Positions 41,309-56,264 of a DNA stretch of 64,000 nt are shown here, piece after piece. This stretch comes from Eledone cirrhosa. Its lineage: Eukaryota. How positions within the stretch are numbered: position 1 is the first letter of the stretch; the number at the start of each line of letters is the position of its first letter. Location of the stretch: positions 153,698,001 through 153,762,000 of the forward strand of contig OZ024740.1 in NCBI GenBank assembly GCA_964016885.1, given 5' to 3'. Under the pieces are notes generated by a model. The model made no database searches and had not been told where the DNA came from. It was given only the letters and a program-made list of their open reading frames with translations. Made by a program: the position numbers and the translations under genes.

Positions 41309-41558
41309 CAGACCTGCCAACTTCTAAAACTCTCAAACGGGGAGTACCATGAAAACAAAGTGCCGCAATATGGGGAGAAATGAGACAAAATGGGAAGACT
41401 TTACATAATGAAAACTATACCCATTTTCACAAAAACCGGGAAAATGGGTATAGCTTTCATTATGTAACATTTCCCCATTTTGCCTCATTTCTCCTCATTT
41501 TGGGGAACTCATTTTTCGTAGTACTCCCCGTTTGGGTTTTTAGAAGTTGGCATGTCTG
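41309..41558. mobile_element. Fully palindromic MITE (250 bp)
   Basis: cagacctgccaacttctaaaa...ttttagaagttggcatgtctg; arms pair almost to the centre; tattaa on both flanks. Confidence 0.88.
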
Positions 41559-43015
41559 TATTAAGCAGAGTTACCTCTGCATGTATAATTGACTAAGGCT
41601 ATAGAATCGCTATGTATATGTTCTATATCGTACACGAGTAAGTATGGGGAATTAGCATATTTCAATAAAAAACAACAAATCACAGAATAAAAATTACTCA
41701 GATATCTCTTATACATTAAAACATAGTTATTTCAATGTTAGATAAGTTAATTTGATGATATTTAATGTAGTAAACAATAAATGCCTAACTAATTAATATT
41801 ATTTTAATAAATTCTGCAATACGAGAGACAAGTTTGTACATGTTACTATCTTCCAAGTGCTAGCTAAAATATTTGAGATAATCACGAAGTAGATATACAG
41901 TTCTATACAAGGACTGGGTGAAAAATTGGTATATTATACAAAAACTCACTAAAGCTAATTACTCAGAAACACCATAGTTTTAATATATTTATTATTGTAG
42001 TGAGCACTAAATATATAATTAGAAATACTTATACGCGGAGGAAAAGATAACAAAATCTCATACAATTGTTGTTGTATCACTTGTTGCTGCTGTTGTATCA
42101 CTTGTTGCTGCTGTTGATGTTGTTGTCACATGTGTTGCTGTTGCCTTTGCCGTTGTTGTTCTTGATGTTGTTATTGTTGTAGATGATGCTGATGCTGTTT
42201 TTGTTGTCGATGTTGTTAGTATACATGTTGCTCTAGTTGCTGTTTTGGATATTACTGCTGTTGTCTTGTTGATATTGTTTTAGTAACGAACATTTATTTT
42301 TTTGTTTTATATCATTGTTATTTGTTTATCTATTTATCTATTCATTTATTTATATTAATTTTTTATGGCTTCACGAATGAGTGAAATCTCTTAATGGTCG
42401 GCTTCATTCCCTGTTAAAAAATTATATAAACTGTACTAGTTGATGTTAGTGTTACTGTTGTTGTTGTCGCTGTTAACTTCCACATACCTCTTTCCCGGGT
42501 CTGAAACAGAAGATCAAAGTACCTAAACTATTCAAGTTATGACCATCGTGTTCTTTTTCTTTTTCTCAAGTATAATGTACCTCGCTCTACTTTATCCGAT
42601 GTTTTCTCACGACGAAAACGTTTAGTTTGAAGAAATATGTGTAAGCTATTTCTCTTCAAAATGAGTGTACCCTAAACTATTTTGGTGGATATGTTCTTCT
42701 CTTTATAAAACAATGAATTTTGATTTTGAGGTGGATGAGGCTGCTATTTCTAGCTGATTCAGTGCCCACTTAGATGGTTGGTTATTGTCTTGTGTTCCGC
42801 TAGATTCAACGAGTTACGGATATTTTTGCTTAACTTTTTTTTTTCTTTGGTTATTTCGCGGTGAAGGGAGGGAGGGATATTCTGTTTTATTTTGTTCTGC
42901 TTTCATATATTTATTTAACTTTGCTTTCGCAAAACATTGCGAAAAGAAACTCTTAAGAGATAGTTAGTTCTGTTTTATACACACACACACACACACATAC
43001 ACACACACACATATG

Positions 43016-43092
<77 letters not shown>

Positions 43093-43556
43093 TTGTGTGT
43101 GTATGTGTGTGTATGTGTGTGAGTGTGTGTATGTCTCTGTGTGTCAATATGTATATATGTATATATGCACGTGTGTGTTGTTATCTGCATGTCCCTTTTT
43201 CCTATACAAACGCATTCCCGTATCCACCATCGTTTAGTAACTAGTAACGTTTGAAGAAAAAGAAAGATGGAAGAGATGGGGGGGGGGGGGGGTTAAAAAA
43301 GAATAGGAACATTAGAGAAAGAGATGATGATGATAATCATCATCATTATCACATGAAGTCACGGTTGAGTTATGATTGCTTCATGTGGTATCAGCTTGTT
43401 GTTTTTGTTTTCTTTGAAGATCTTCCAGCCTTAAAACACCACAAGAACTCCTCATCAACCCCCCCCCCCCCCCTCCAACCATGCCCTCTACTTTATAGCT
43501 TCCATGTTCCTTTATTCATTCATTCCTTTAGTAAATGGCTTTAACAGTGTGTGGGT

Positions 43557-43653
43557 TACAAACACATACATACACACACATCTGTGAGTATATGCATATA
43601 TATATATATATATATGCATATACTCACAGATGTGTGTGTATGTATGTGTTTGT

Positions 43654-43654
<1 letters not shown>
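43557..43654. repeat. Perfect 98-bp palindrome centred on (TA)n
   Basis: tacaaacacatacatacacacacatctgtgagtatatgca(ta)n tgcatatactcacagatgtgtgtgtatgtatgtgtttgta. Confidence 0.92.
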
Positions 43655-43744
<90 letters not shown>

Positions 43745-44215
43745 ATATATATATATATATATATATTGCATATATGAACATGCACACATATACAAATACG
43801 CGCTTTTTTTTTCCTTTCTTTATTACTACCATAAAATGTGACCAAATCAATAACCTTGAAGCTGAAAGCAAAATGGAGTCAACGCCTTCGATTTTTTATT
43901 TAAATTTTGTTTAAAAATTGATTAAATTACATTAGGAACATCTTATACGTGCTGGCATATTCAAAAGTGAAACGTTCTATAATGAAAGAGCGTGAGAGAG
44001 AATACTTTTGAGTACCTGATGGTATCTCTAACGTTTCAATTTGTATAAAGTTAATATTCTATGATTTTTTTTTACTGGTTTTAGTTACTAGTTTTTGGTC
44101 ATACTGAAGCACCGCCTTCATCTACTCGATCATTACGACGCCAGTAGTTCTTTTGTCGATCTCTTTTCTGTTGAACTGCTATGTTATGGGACATAATCAC
44201 AGACACAGACACAGG

Positions 44216-45540
<1,325 letters not shown>

Positions 45541-45630
45541 GTGTGCATACACACATGCACACACATTCTCTCTCTCACAGACAAATACCGATAGATAGGT
45601 TAATAGCTAGATAGAGAGATAGATAGATAT

Positions 45631-46840
45631 CTTTCTTTCTTTGCCACAGAAATGGGACATTACAAGACGTGGCGGTGGGGGTTTTACATGAAATCGTATA
45701 AACCTCGTAGATAGAACAACCCTCAACTCAAGGAGCGCGTTTTGTAGGTGTTCCCATCTTCCCCCTTTTTGTCTTCCTCAACCTACAGGTTTATATACAG
45801 AGAAGACCCATTCACTCGGGCCATTTTCGCCACATTCACCCACCTTTCAGCGAATTTACTGGGGTGTAGCACCCCTCTCACCGCTCTCCCCTTCCTTCTG
45901 AAGTGGTATTTAAAGAAGTGGATGAGTTGTTGTCCGGAGAGGAAGGTGTCTGTCCTCAGTCCTTTTAATCTCGTCCACCATATTACCTCTTTCGCGATAG
46001 CCACCAGACAAAGGAAAACCGCCTCTCCTTCATTCTTAAATGAAGGCGGTGGGATGATCCTCATGATGGATTCAACTGACAAATGGATTCTCCCCACACG
46101 TGACAGTAACTGTTCGACATAATTCCACAGGTCGGTCACCGCTGGGCACTGAACAGTTGCGTGCAGAACCGTTTCAATGTCCTGCTCGCATCTTGGACAG
46201 GTTCTTTTGGTAGGATCCCTGCTAGGGCGTTCGTGTCTGTAGATTTTGTCTCGAACTGGTAGAGCTCCTCGGTAATATTGCCAGGCCCGAGACCTCTGGA
46301 AGTTATCCAGAGACCTCTGGAAGTTATCCAGGCATAGGCCCTGGACGGAAAGTCCTCCCGAACAGACTTGCCAGTTCGTCCTCTTTGATGCCTAGAGTCT
46401 CCCGGAGAACGTCGTCACACTTATCCTCCACTAATCCCCTATAGAATGTCGACATGGAGTCTCCGTTGATTGCCATTTTCGCTTGGTAGAGGGCCGTGAG
46501 CGCCTGAACGCACTCGAGGTGTCAGGCACCCATTTTCGGTCTTCGCTTGACGTAGGACTGCAGCTCTGTTAGCGAGACGAATTGTGGAAAGCTCGTTTCA
46601 CAAACGACAACCACACCGGTTCACCGGTCAGGAACACCTGAGGATGGCGTAACCTCAGCGCATGTTTACGCATAATCAGCCACGGCATGCCCAGTCCTTC
46701 GTTAGAAGGGTGTTGGCAGCAGATAGATTTCCTCACCAATGGAGCCTGTTTCTTCCAAAGGAACTTGAAGAGTAGACGTTCCATTTTGGTGTCGTGATCG
46801 CAGGGACAAGGCACGACTGTCAAGCGGTAGTAGACGACGG
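45631..46840 (-). mobile_element. Second Tx1/L1-like LINE fragment, related to 7913-9986
   Basis: KMERLLFKFLWK, HPSNEGLGMP, IIPPPSFKNEGEAVFLC..WWTRLKGLRTDTFLSGQQLI..; flanked on both sides by (GATA)n. Confidence 0.9.
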
Positions 46841-47455
46841 ATAGATATATAGATAGATAGATAAATAGATATATAGATAGATAGATATGAGGTGCTTCGC
46901 CAGCTTCCGTTTCCCAAATCCCACTTACAAGACATTGGTCAACTAAAGACTATAATGGAAGACACATGCAGCAGGACTTATTTCAAAATTGTGTTTGCTC
47001 AGCGAACTCTTTTACTACACAACCATGCCCTTTGAATTTGTATAAAATTATTTGTTATTTTATTTCATTTTACTACTGATTATCTCCAGAATGTTCTATA
47101 AGGCATTTCAAAGAGCGAAGATTGATTCATGTTTTGTTAAGTAAATAAGGCCGTCGAAATAACATCAGTGGAGTACGGGTCAAAGACGTATGATGAAAAT
47201 CCCTGGCACTTTACTGTGCATAATACTTATCATATCATATATATATCATATATACGAATCATATCATATATGATAAAAGAACTCTGAAATTTAACGGAAT
47301 ATGTGTGTTTTAAATGGTTATCATGAATTTTCCACGATTCAGTAATTGCTTCAGCTTCAATGCACAACTTAAGGTCAGGTAACTTAACACACACACAGAC
47401 ACACACACTACACACACACACATACAAATACGCACACACATACAAACACACACAC

Positions 47456-47496
<41 letters not shown>

Positions 47497-47513
47497 TGTG
47501 AATGTGTAACATA

Positions 47514-47569
<56 letters not shown>

Positions 47570-47577
<8 letters not shown>

Positions 47578-47969
47578 ATATAAGATCAAAAGATGGTTAA
47601 AGGAGTTCCATGTATTTTATTATGCGCATTTCAAAAACAAACATCATCATGCAATAATATTTGTGTTTTCATCAGATAAAACAGGAGAACATGATATGAA
47701 GGCTAAAAAACACTTGTGGATAGTGCAGTTTTAAATCAACATATGAAAAGTGGTTTTAGATTGATGTGTGATATTGGGAAAAATATTTTATTTAGAGAGG
47801 GGGGTGGGGGTGGAAAGGATGAAAAAGGGGAGGAGATGAGAGTGAAGGTGGAGAGGGAGAGATGGGTGATAGAGAGAAATATTATTGCATGATGATGTTT
47901 GTTTTTGAAATGCGCATAATAAAATACATGGAACTCCTTTAACCATCTTTTGATCTTATATTATGTATA
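47570..47969 (-). mobile_element. 400-bp non-coding element with perfect 93-bp inverted ends, carrying a hammerhead ribozyme
   Basis: 47570-47662 is the reverse complement of 47877-47969; abuts (TA)n. Confidence 0.85.
47613..47683 (-). ncRNA. Minimal type I hammerhead ribozyme
   Basis: Minus strand: tgttttat CTGATGA aaacacaaatatta..tgatgtttgttttt GAAA tgcgca TA ataaaata; full core, palindromic stem III, 8-bp stem I. Confidence 0.8.
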
Positions 47970-48062
47970 CTCCAGTCCTACAAACTGTAGAGTGCTTCTT
48001 ATCCGATATCTGCATTGTTTTATTGTACTACAATAAAACTCACCTCCTACATTATATATATA

Positions 48063-48127
<65 letters not shown>

Positions 48128-48394
48128 ATAATAATAAATTTGAAGACTAAAACGTGGTTCTGTCTTGGCGCGTAATTGTTTTTCACCGCTCCTATTAATG
48201 ACGTATTATATTCGTTTTTTCCCGTTCTTTGCCAGGGAACGTTTCCACGAACCAAAGTATCGTCTTCCTGTCTTCCTCCGGTTGCAACGTTTTTTGAAAT
48301 ATCCACTTCTGCGTTTACAGATTGACTTTGTTAGTTTCAGAAGATCCCGTTAAGGGTGAAAGCAGCGATTCTTTGCTTAAACTTTAATCTGTTA

Positions 48395-48471
<77 letters not shown>

Positions 48472-48586
48472 GTATGTATGTGTGTGTGTATGGTGTGTGT
48501 GTGGGTGTGTTTTAAATGGGTATTAGGAATTTTCCAGAATTGAATTGTTTCAGCTTCGTCGCACCACTTCAGATCTTGTGACTTAT

Positions 48587-48632
<46 letters not shown>

Positions 48633-48655
48633 TATATATATATATACCTACATAC

Positions 48656-48709
<54 letters not shown>

Positions 48710-50704
48710 ATATTTGTGTATATTTGTGTATGCATGTATGTATTCACTCATACGCATTGTATTAATAAGCATATCATCAATGTACAAACAACCTTTTTGA
48801 CCTTATAAAATATAATACTATCATACTATATGACGACACACGAATGAATATAGTGTTATATGTATATTTTAAGTGACTACACCGACCTTTCTACTATTCA
48901 TTTGTTTCATATTCAACACATAACTAAAGATCATGTAAACTACAATGGACCTGCGTCGATTTCAAACCTGAGTGTTTAATTTTTTCTATTAACCGAATAA
49001 CCTCCTCATGAAATTAACATAACATGTGTACCCTTAACTCGATTTCCAGGGAGATTCTGTGTGACACTGTGTGATAAGACAGGTACCTTGAATATCTTTT
49101 GCAGTCCAACCAATAGACCTCCAAAGGGTTACCGTCTACAGAATTTAACTCATAATGTTTGGGTCGATCCGAGACTATGATAAATGACACTTACCCAAGA
49201 GGCCACGCAATGGAATCGATCCCGGCACCTAATGATTTCAAAACTAACTTCTTAACCATCCGGCCATGCTCCTTCTAAACAGATCATGTGAAATACCACA
49301 TAAGTTCAATTCCAAAATATGTGTGCTTGCGTGTATGTATGTGTGTATCTTTTTTTGTGTAGCGAGAGACACCCCTCCAGGAGAAGGTCACTGATATAAA
49401 ACCTGCGACTTCATTTGCATTCAATTTGCATTCTTCTTTTCGATGTTCAGAGAGTGGGATTGGCCCTGTGCAAAGCCTTTCCTCACTTAAAGCTTCAAGC
49501 ACAGGCATCGCTTGATATGCGACATCTTTTGTGATGCATGGCTGGCCATAGGCAAGTCCCTAGCAAGACTAAAAAACCACGTCCGTGATGCTTATGCTTA
49601 AGTATCAAGCGATAGCATTACTCGAAATCGAGTGGCAGCAATCATCTTCATGTATGTATGTGTGAAGGTGCATGTCTTTATGTTTTGGGTGTTTGTCTTA
49701 CGATCGTAAGGTCGCAAGTTTGATTTCTATTAGAATAAGTATTTTGCTTGCGGAAATTGTTGTCAGTTAATTAGAATTGTGTCGTCGAGCAAGACATTTG
49801 ATTGCATGCTGTTCCAGTCCTCCCAGTTGGCAAGAAACTTAGTTGTACCAATGATTAAAAGGATCGGCTTTGGAACACATTGTGTCATACCGAATCTCTC
49901 TTAGAATTACGTTAAGAAAGCACGAGTCTGCGGAAAGGTCAGTCACTTGCAGGTTAATTTCACGGCCTAACCGTTCCGTTGTTCGGACGACTGGAACAAA
50001 TACCGTCGAAAATGTCTATGTGTATTTATGTGAGTGTGTTTGTGTGTGTATGCGTGGGTGTCTATGGGTGTGTAATAGAAGGGTGTCAAGAGAAAATAAT
50101 TGAAGGTAAAAAGTAGTATATTGAAAGACGTACATGAGATATTCATAATTTATTCAAATCTCTTTCGCGGACAGAGAGAGAATAAAAACCGAGCGGTGAT
50201 TGGTAGCAAGTCTTAAAGAGATAGAGATAATTTCAAGACACCAAAAATAAATTTTCAATGAATTACCATGCTAGGGTGAAAACATTTTAATCTCATCTTA
50301 AATTTTTGTAATAATATAAAAAAATAATAAAATTATAAAAATTTCATTATTTTATAATGGGCATTTTAAATTTTTATGCAAGGGACTGCCGCGGACACGT
50401 TATGGCATTGTACTTCACGTCAACAAATAGATATAAACATTTAGTCATATACGCAATAGATTTACAGTCAAGGGTAACTTGGACATTTAAAAGGTGAAAT
50501 AGCTAAGAGAAAATAACTCAAAAGGGAAAGAGAGATGACCGGGATCGATATAATCGCCTTGAACTCTGAATGATAGAACTCCAGTGCAGTGACAAAAGCC
50601 AGCAAAAGAAGAAAGGAACATAAAGTAATATTAATACCAAGCAATGAATTTTACCCCGAAGCAGATTTATGTTTTCGCATTGGGTATTAAAATTTTCCCA
50701 TAAT

Positions 50705-50875
50705 ATATTGATTCCTAATTTAGGCACAAGGCCAGTAAATTTGGGGAAGAGTAATGTTGCTTAAATTAAAGCAATTACTTGAATGGCATTTTATTTGACT
50801 ACCCTAGAAGGATAAAAGACAAAATCTACCTCGGCGGGTTTTGAACTAAGAGTCCAGAGAACCGGAGCAAATATC
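50705..50875 (-). mobile_element. Diverged SINE family A fragment
   Basis: ggcacaaggccag..aaggataaaagacaaaatctacctcggcgggttttgaact. Confidence 0.65.
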
Positions 50876-50961
50876 ACAAATGGGTAGATAGATAGATAAA
50901 TTGATAAATAGAAAGATAGATGGATAGATGGATAGATGGATAGATATTTAGATAAATAGAA

Positions 50962-51048
<87 letters not shown>

Positions 51049-52145
51049 AAAGACGGGGAGGAAATAGATAGATAGATAAGACTGGAAATAAAACGTAAAT
51101 AGAAAATAAGACTATAAATAAAAATAATAAGAAAAGAATGTAAAGAACCAGAAAAATTCCGCAATATCATTTTATCCGACGCTCTACCAATTCTGCAAAT
51201 CGACCACGATGTTTTCACATATGATATTAACCCCAGGACGCTGATGTGACTAATCGTGATTGTAGTTACTTTTTTAGCATATTTCTTCTTTCAGTTACAC
51301 CAGCCGCACTGGGAGTTTTTAGCCAACGTGTTGTCACTACGCAGTTACTTGAACATCTATTAAGAGCAACCAAGCCTCCCTCTAATTGTGCACTGCCACC
51401 TTCAAAAACAAGACACAGATGGATAATGCAGTTCCAGATATGCAGAAGAGCGGGAGAGTCACGGTCGAACACATTTGTCAATAGGGCTTTTCCATCATGC
51501 TTGAAATTGGGCAACACAAAAACATTCCGAGAGCTTCGATTTAATGGGAACTTTCATAGTGATAACTTGACTAGCTAGAGATATCAATTGAATCTCCTTT
51601 ATGTCACACATCAGTTTTAACTAAGAGCTGAATAACAAGTTCGAGTGCTTCAATTCAATAGAGGAAGAGGTTCATCTACGTGGTGATTCGGCCATACAGA
51701 AATGCAACAAAATCTCCTTTAAATCACACATCTTACCTTCTTCATGAAGAGAAAGACACAATCCATATACAATATCTGAAAAGTGACATAATGGGCATTG
51801 AGGTAACAATTTGGTCATGGATCTGTTTGATTGGAGCAGACGTGGGGTTAAAGAGCAATGACAACAACCATGTGAACATCATATTTCTACTTCCTTTTGG
51901 TTCGCTGCCTTTCTAGAGTCATTGCCAACAGGATTCCTTGGTTCTGTAGTTATGTTGTTATTGTATTTATTGTTGTTGACGGTTGTTATCCTCAGGTCAG
52001 CCCTAATCAATTTGATCTAAAATCAGAGGTATTTCAACTGCGACGCGCCTACCTTTTCTTCGGATAGTTTTTCTACGACTACGTTTGATGATTTGGCTGC
52101 TATTTCTACCACAATGAGTTACCATGTAGAAATTTCCTTAGTTAT

Positions 52146-52455
52146 TAATAATTGTTTCTTCCTTTGGCACAAGGCCAGCGATTATCCCAGTGCATTACTG
52201 GTGCTTTATTTTATCGATCCCGTAAGGATGAAAGGCAAAGTTTACCTCGGCGGGATTTAAACTCAGACCGTAAAGGGGCGTAACTCTATGCTGCAGCGCA
52301 TGGCGTCCGACACTCTACCGGTACTGCCAAACCACCGCCCTATAATTGTTTCTACTTTTGGCAGAAGGCCAGCAATTTCCCCAGTGCATTACTGGTACTC
52401 TATTTTATCGACCCCGTAAGGGGTGGGATTTGAACACAGAACGAAAAAAGCCATA
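52146..52455 (-). mobile_element. Full plus partial SINE family A in tandem
   Basis: Consensus matches ~52146-52341 and ~52342-52455. Confidence 0.85.
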
Positions 52456-53198
52456 ATATTGCTGTTACTACTGTAGCTCTTTTTTGCTTAACACCCTAAC
52501 CAATTCTGTTCTTCTCACGGGAATTACGTATTTAGGATTGCATTACCCACCTTGCTGCCTCCTTATTAAGACGATAGGCCTTAATTTGAGAGTGCTTTGG
52601 TTGCTAATTCTAACAGATCTGTGACTACATAGAGGCTAACACGTTGTTTATTTTGTTTTAGTGTTATATTTGTTGTCTTCTTTTTTCATTGGTTATTATT
52701 GTTGTTGCTGTTGCTACTGTAGCAGTTATCCACGTTGTTGTTATCGTTATTGTTGTCGTTGCTGTATTTGTCATGGTTCCTAATACATTTGTCGTTGTTA
52801 TTATTACCATTATAGTACCGTTTGTTGTTGTTGTTGTTGTTGTTCGTTCTAATTCTAGTACTGTTGCTATTGTTCCTTTTGCTGTTGTTGTTATTGTTGT
52901 TGCTGCCAATGTTATTGTTGTTATAATGTTTAGGGAGGGATAATGATGATGATGATGATGATGATGAAGATTATGTTAGTGATGATATGCTTGTGCATGT
53001 TTATGTGCGTGTCAGCGCGAGTGTATATATATATATGTAAGTGTGTGTGTGTGTGTAGGGATGTGGTCGGGACATTGCTACTTACCATATTCCGTATGCC
53101 ACTGTAAAAGAGAGCTCATCATCATTATTATTTCATGTTATTTCCTCAACTTTGCTCTAGCTGTGCTTCACCTTTCTCTCTCTCTATCTCTTTCTCCC

Positions 53199-53233
<35 letters not shown>

Positions 53234-53804
53234 ATCTCTCCCTGCCCCCCCCCCCCACTCCCCAGGATTCCCATGTTTTTTTTCTGCATTATATACTACA
53301 TACATCTTTTGTCTACCCTCTCCCTAACCGATGGTTTTTAAATTGTTTTACAGCAACCAGCTATCCAACCAACCAATAAAGAAATGCATTACCGCCTAAG
53401 ATATATTATCCATTACTGATGAGAGTTTGTTCATCCTCCTTATTCTCACCCCATCGTCCTCATTATCGTCCTCACCATCATCATCATCATCGTCGTCGTC
53501 ATCATCATCATCCTACATGTTATTGTTATTTCAATAGTCTTTTATTTATTGTGCGTGCTTTCACTGCACAACTGGGCATAGCAATATGTGTCTTGGGTAC
53601 GTGTAGTATTAGTATAATTTTGATTTTCTTTTCTATTGGATTCAACGTATTTCACGGAATATATGTGTATTGTCAAGCTATCATCTTTCTGTTGTGCTTA
53701 ACATTTGTTTATGTATTTGTTTGTATTTTTTAAAATCATTTTCAGCGTATCGATTATTCTGTGGTTTTCAATCACCATATAATGCTCTTTATTAGTCGTA
53801 TTGA

Positions 53805-54030
53805 AGGTGGGGGATTGGCAGTGTCGGTAGAGCGTCGGACAACATGCTGTGTGGCATAGAGATACGTTCCTTTACGTTTTGAGTTCAAATCCCACAGAGG
53901 TTAGCTTTGTCTTTCATTCTTCCGGGGTCGACAAAATAGAGCCCCAGTAATGCACTGGAATCGATTTAATTGACTTTCCTCTCCTCCCCCAAATTATTGG
54001 CCTTGTGCCTAAATCAGAAACCAATAATAG
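53805..54030 (+). mobile_element. SINE family A (long variant)
   Basis: Consensus match. Confidence 0.82.
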
Positions 54031-54924
54031 AGGCATTGGGTTTTCTGAATCGGAAAAGAATGGGACAAAATGCCTTGCAGTAATTATTCTGGTCCTTACA
54101 ATCAAGTGTTGGTACTGTAATAATCGACTAACTTCCCCCAAATCGCGACCTTGTGCCTATGTTAGAAATTATTATTACTGGCAACTACGTCACACTTCGG
54201 TATTTGTCGAACTGCAACGAGAGCGCCATCCAGTTCCAAGGAAATGTGTACAGCTTTTTTGCATCACTTTATCGAAATATTCTAGAGAAATAGCAAATTG
54301 GAAACGGTAGATCTTGATGCTTCCATCGATGGTCTGGTCAATTTAAATCACTTTGAAAAAATTCTGTTATTTCTACAGAAACGCAATGTGTTTCGGTCAC
54401 GTTTTCAAAACATGGATTGTTACAAAGCACAGTGGCCAAGAATAGCGCATTACTGGAAAAAGCTGGAGATGTCGAGGAGCATTCAGCCTGTCATGATACC
54501 AAGGAAACGTGTTTACAATCAACATATGAAAACTGTATCAGGGACATGATAACGGAGACGTCAGTAATTTATGTGGCACCATTCTGGAGGAGTATTAGGT
54601 GGTAAAAGTTGCAGGCACTAATTAAAAAAGGTTGCTGGACATACAACTCGGCACTTGATAAGCAATCTGATATTTATATATATATAATATGGATATCCCC
54701 TTCACAAATTAAACCATTAAAAAAAAAATATCCATCAATTGTAAACTGCTTGTTTTGAATGATTTCTATTGCAATTCATATTTTCTCTTTCTTCTTACAC
54801 TTTCTCCCACCCACCCCTTTTCATGTTCCATCTTTCACCCTCTCGCTTAGAAGTGAATGTTTCGATAACTAGTTCTAATTGATTTTCGTTTCTAATCTAA
54901 AACAGAAGGAGTACTAAATTGTAA

Positions 54925-55110
54925 ATAATTTTTTCTACCTTTTGGCACAAGGCCAGCAATTATCCTAGTACATTACTGGTACTTTATTTTATCGACCCCG
55001 TAAGGATGAAAGGCAAAGTTAACCTCGGCGGGAATTGAACTCAGATCGTAAAGGGACGTAACTATGCTGGAACGAATAATCCAACCCTCTACCGATGCTG
55101 CCAATACACA
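54925..55110 (-). mobile_element. SINE family A
   Basis: Consensus match. Confidence 0.85.
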
Positions 55111-55178
55111 TCTCTGTAACAGTATTACAGTTTAAACAAACAAACAGTTGTTTTCATATCGAAATATCAAAAATGTAA

Positions 55179-55262
55179 TGTCAGAAGTGGGATTCGAACC
55201 CACGCCGGGAAAACCCGACTGCGACCTGAACGCAGCGCCTTAGACCGCTCGGCCATCCTGAC
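55179..55262 (-). tRNA. tRNA-Leu-CAG: tRNA-Leu(CAG), intact
   Basis: GTCAGGATGGCCGAGCGGTCTAAGGCGCTGCGTTCAGGTCGCAGTCGGGTTTTCCCGGCGTGGGTTCGAATCCCACTTCTGACA, 84 nt, long variable arm, T5 terminator downstream. Confidence 0.96.
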
Positions 55263-55430
55263 TCACCGTTTATGAGTATAACTTTTGAACTATAATTAGA
55301 GGAGGCATATTAAATTGTTACTTGTTTTATCATTCTTAGCGATCACTCTCACTTGCTCTATCACACAGTCTCTCGTTCTATTATTCGTATTGTCTCCCTC
55401 CTCTTCCAACGAGACACCCAATATGCAAGA

Positions 55431-55935
55431 GGCCTCTCAACTTGCTAGAAAGAAATAACAAGTAAATCTCCTTCAATTTTCACTCTATTTTCTTCACAAG
55501 AAGGAATATAATAGATGGAGAAATTCAAGCAACAATATATGCTTTGAGACGGGATAAAATATCACCCGGATTATTCATAAGTATGAATTTTCATGGTGAT
55601 ATAAACGATAGTTTTGCTTCTTAAATAAACCACGAATGAGATTACAACATTCCCATATTGACGTGACTCAAATACGTCGTAAAATTAATCCACAGTTACT
55701 CACTATAATCATTTACTAAATTATGTTATTATCAATTTGTTTTCAGTAGTTTATTTAAGAAGAAAAGCTATCGTTGATATCATTATGAAAATTTATACTT
55801 ATTCATAATCCGGATGATTTTATCCCGTCTCAAATTATATATCGTAGCTTGAATTCCGCCATCCATTACGTTACTCGTTGTGAAGAAAATAGAGGGAGAG
55901 TTACTTGTTATTTCTTTCTAACTAATAGAGAGACC
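55431..55935. repeat. ~500-bp imperfect palindromic spacer of the tRNA array (copies ~57145-57652, partial ~60450-60870)
   Basis: tttgagacgggataaaat..ccggattat vs ataatccggatgattttatcccgtctcaaa and further paired blocks. Confidence 0.85.
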
Positions 55936-56180
55936 TGACAATAAATATATAAATAATGACACAACTATATACAATTTCGTAAAAAATGAATAGTGTGAGT
56001 ATTAGGGATCTATCTTCTGGTAGATTTGTGTCCCGTCATGTTGGGGACGTTGTACTTTCATTTGGTAGTAAATATTGGATAAACTACGACCTGATAAATT
56101 TGCATATAATAAATCTGTCACTGAAGATTGATTCAATACAACAAACATTCGCTTTCCGTATATAGATGTGATAAAGCGAT

Positions 56181-56264
56181 TGCTAGAAGTGGGATTCGAA
56201 CGCACGCCGGGAAGACCCGACAGCCACCTGAAAGCAGTGTCTTGGGCTACTAGGCCATCCTGAC
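56181..56264 (-). pseudogene. tRNA-Leu(CAG) pseudogene
   Basis: Many substitutions in D, anticodon and acceptor stems. Confidence 0.85.

Noticed and set aside
54180-54670. Coding-like composition, possible old transposase fragment
   Set aside because: No motif recognised
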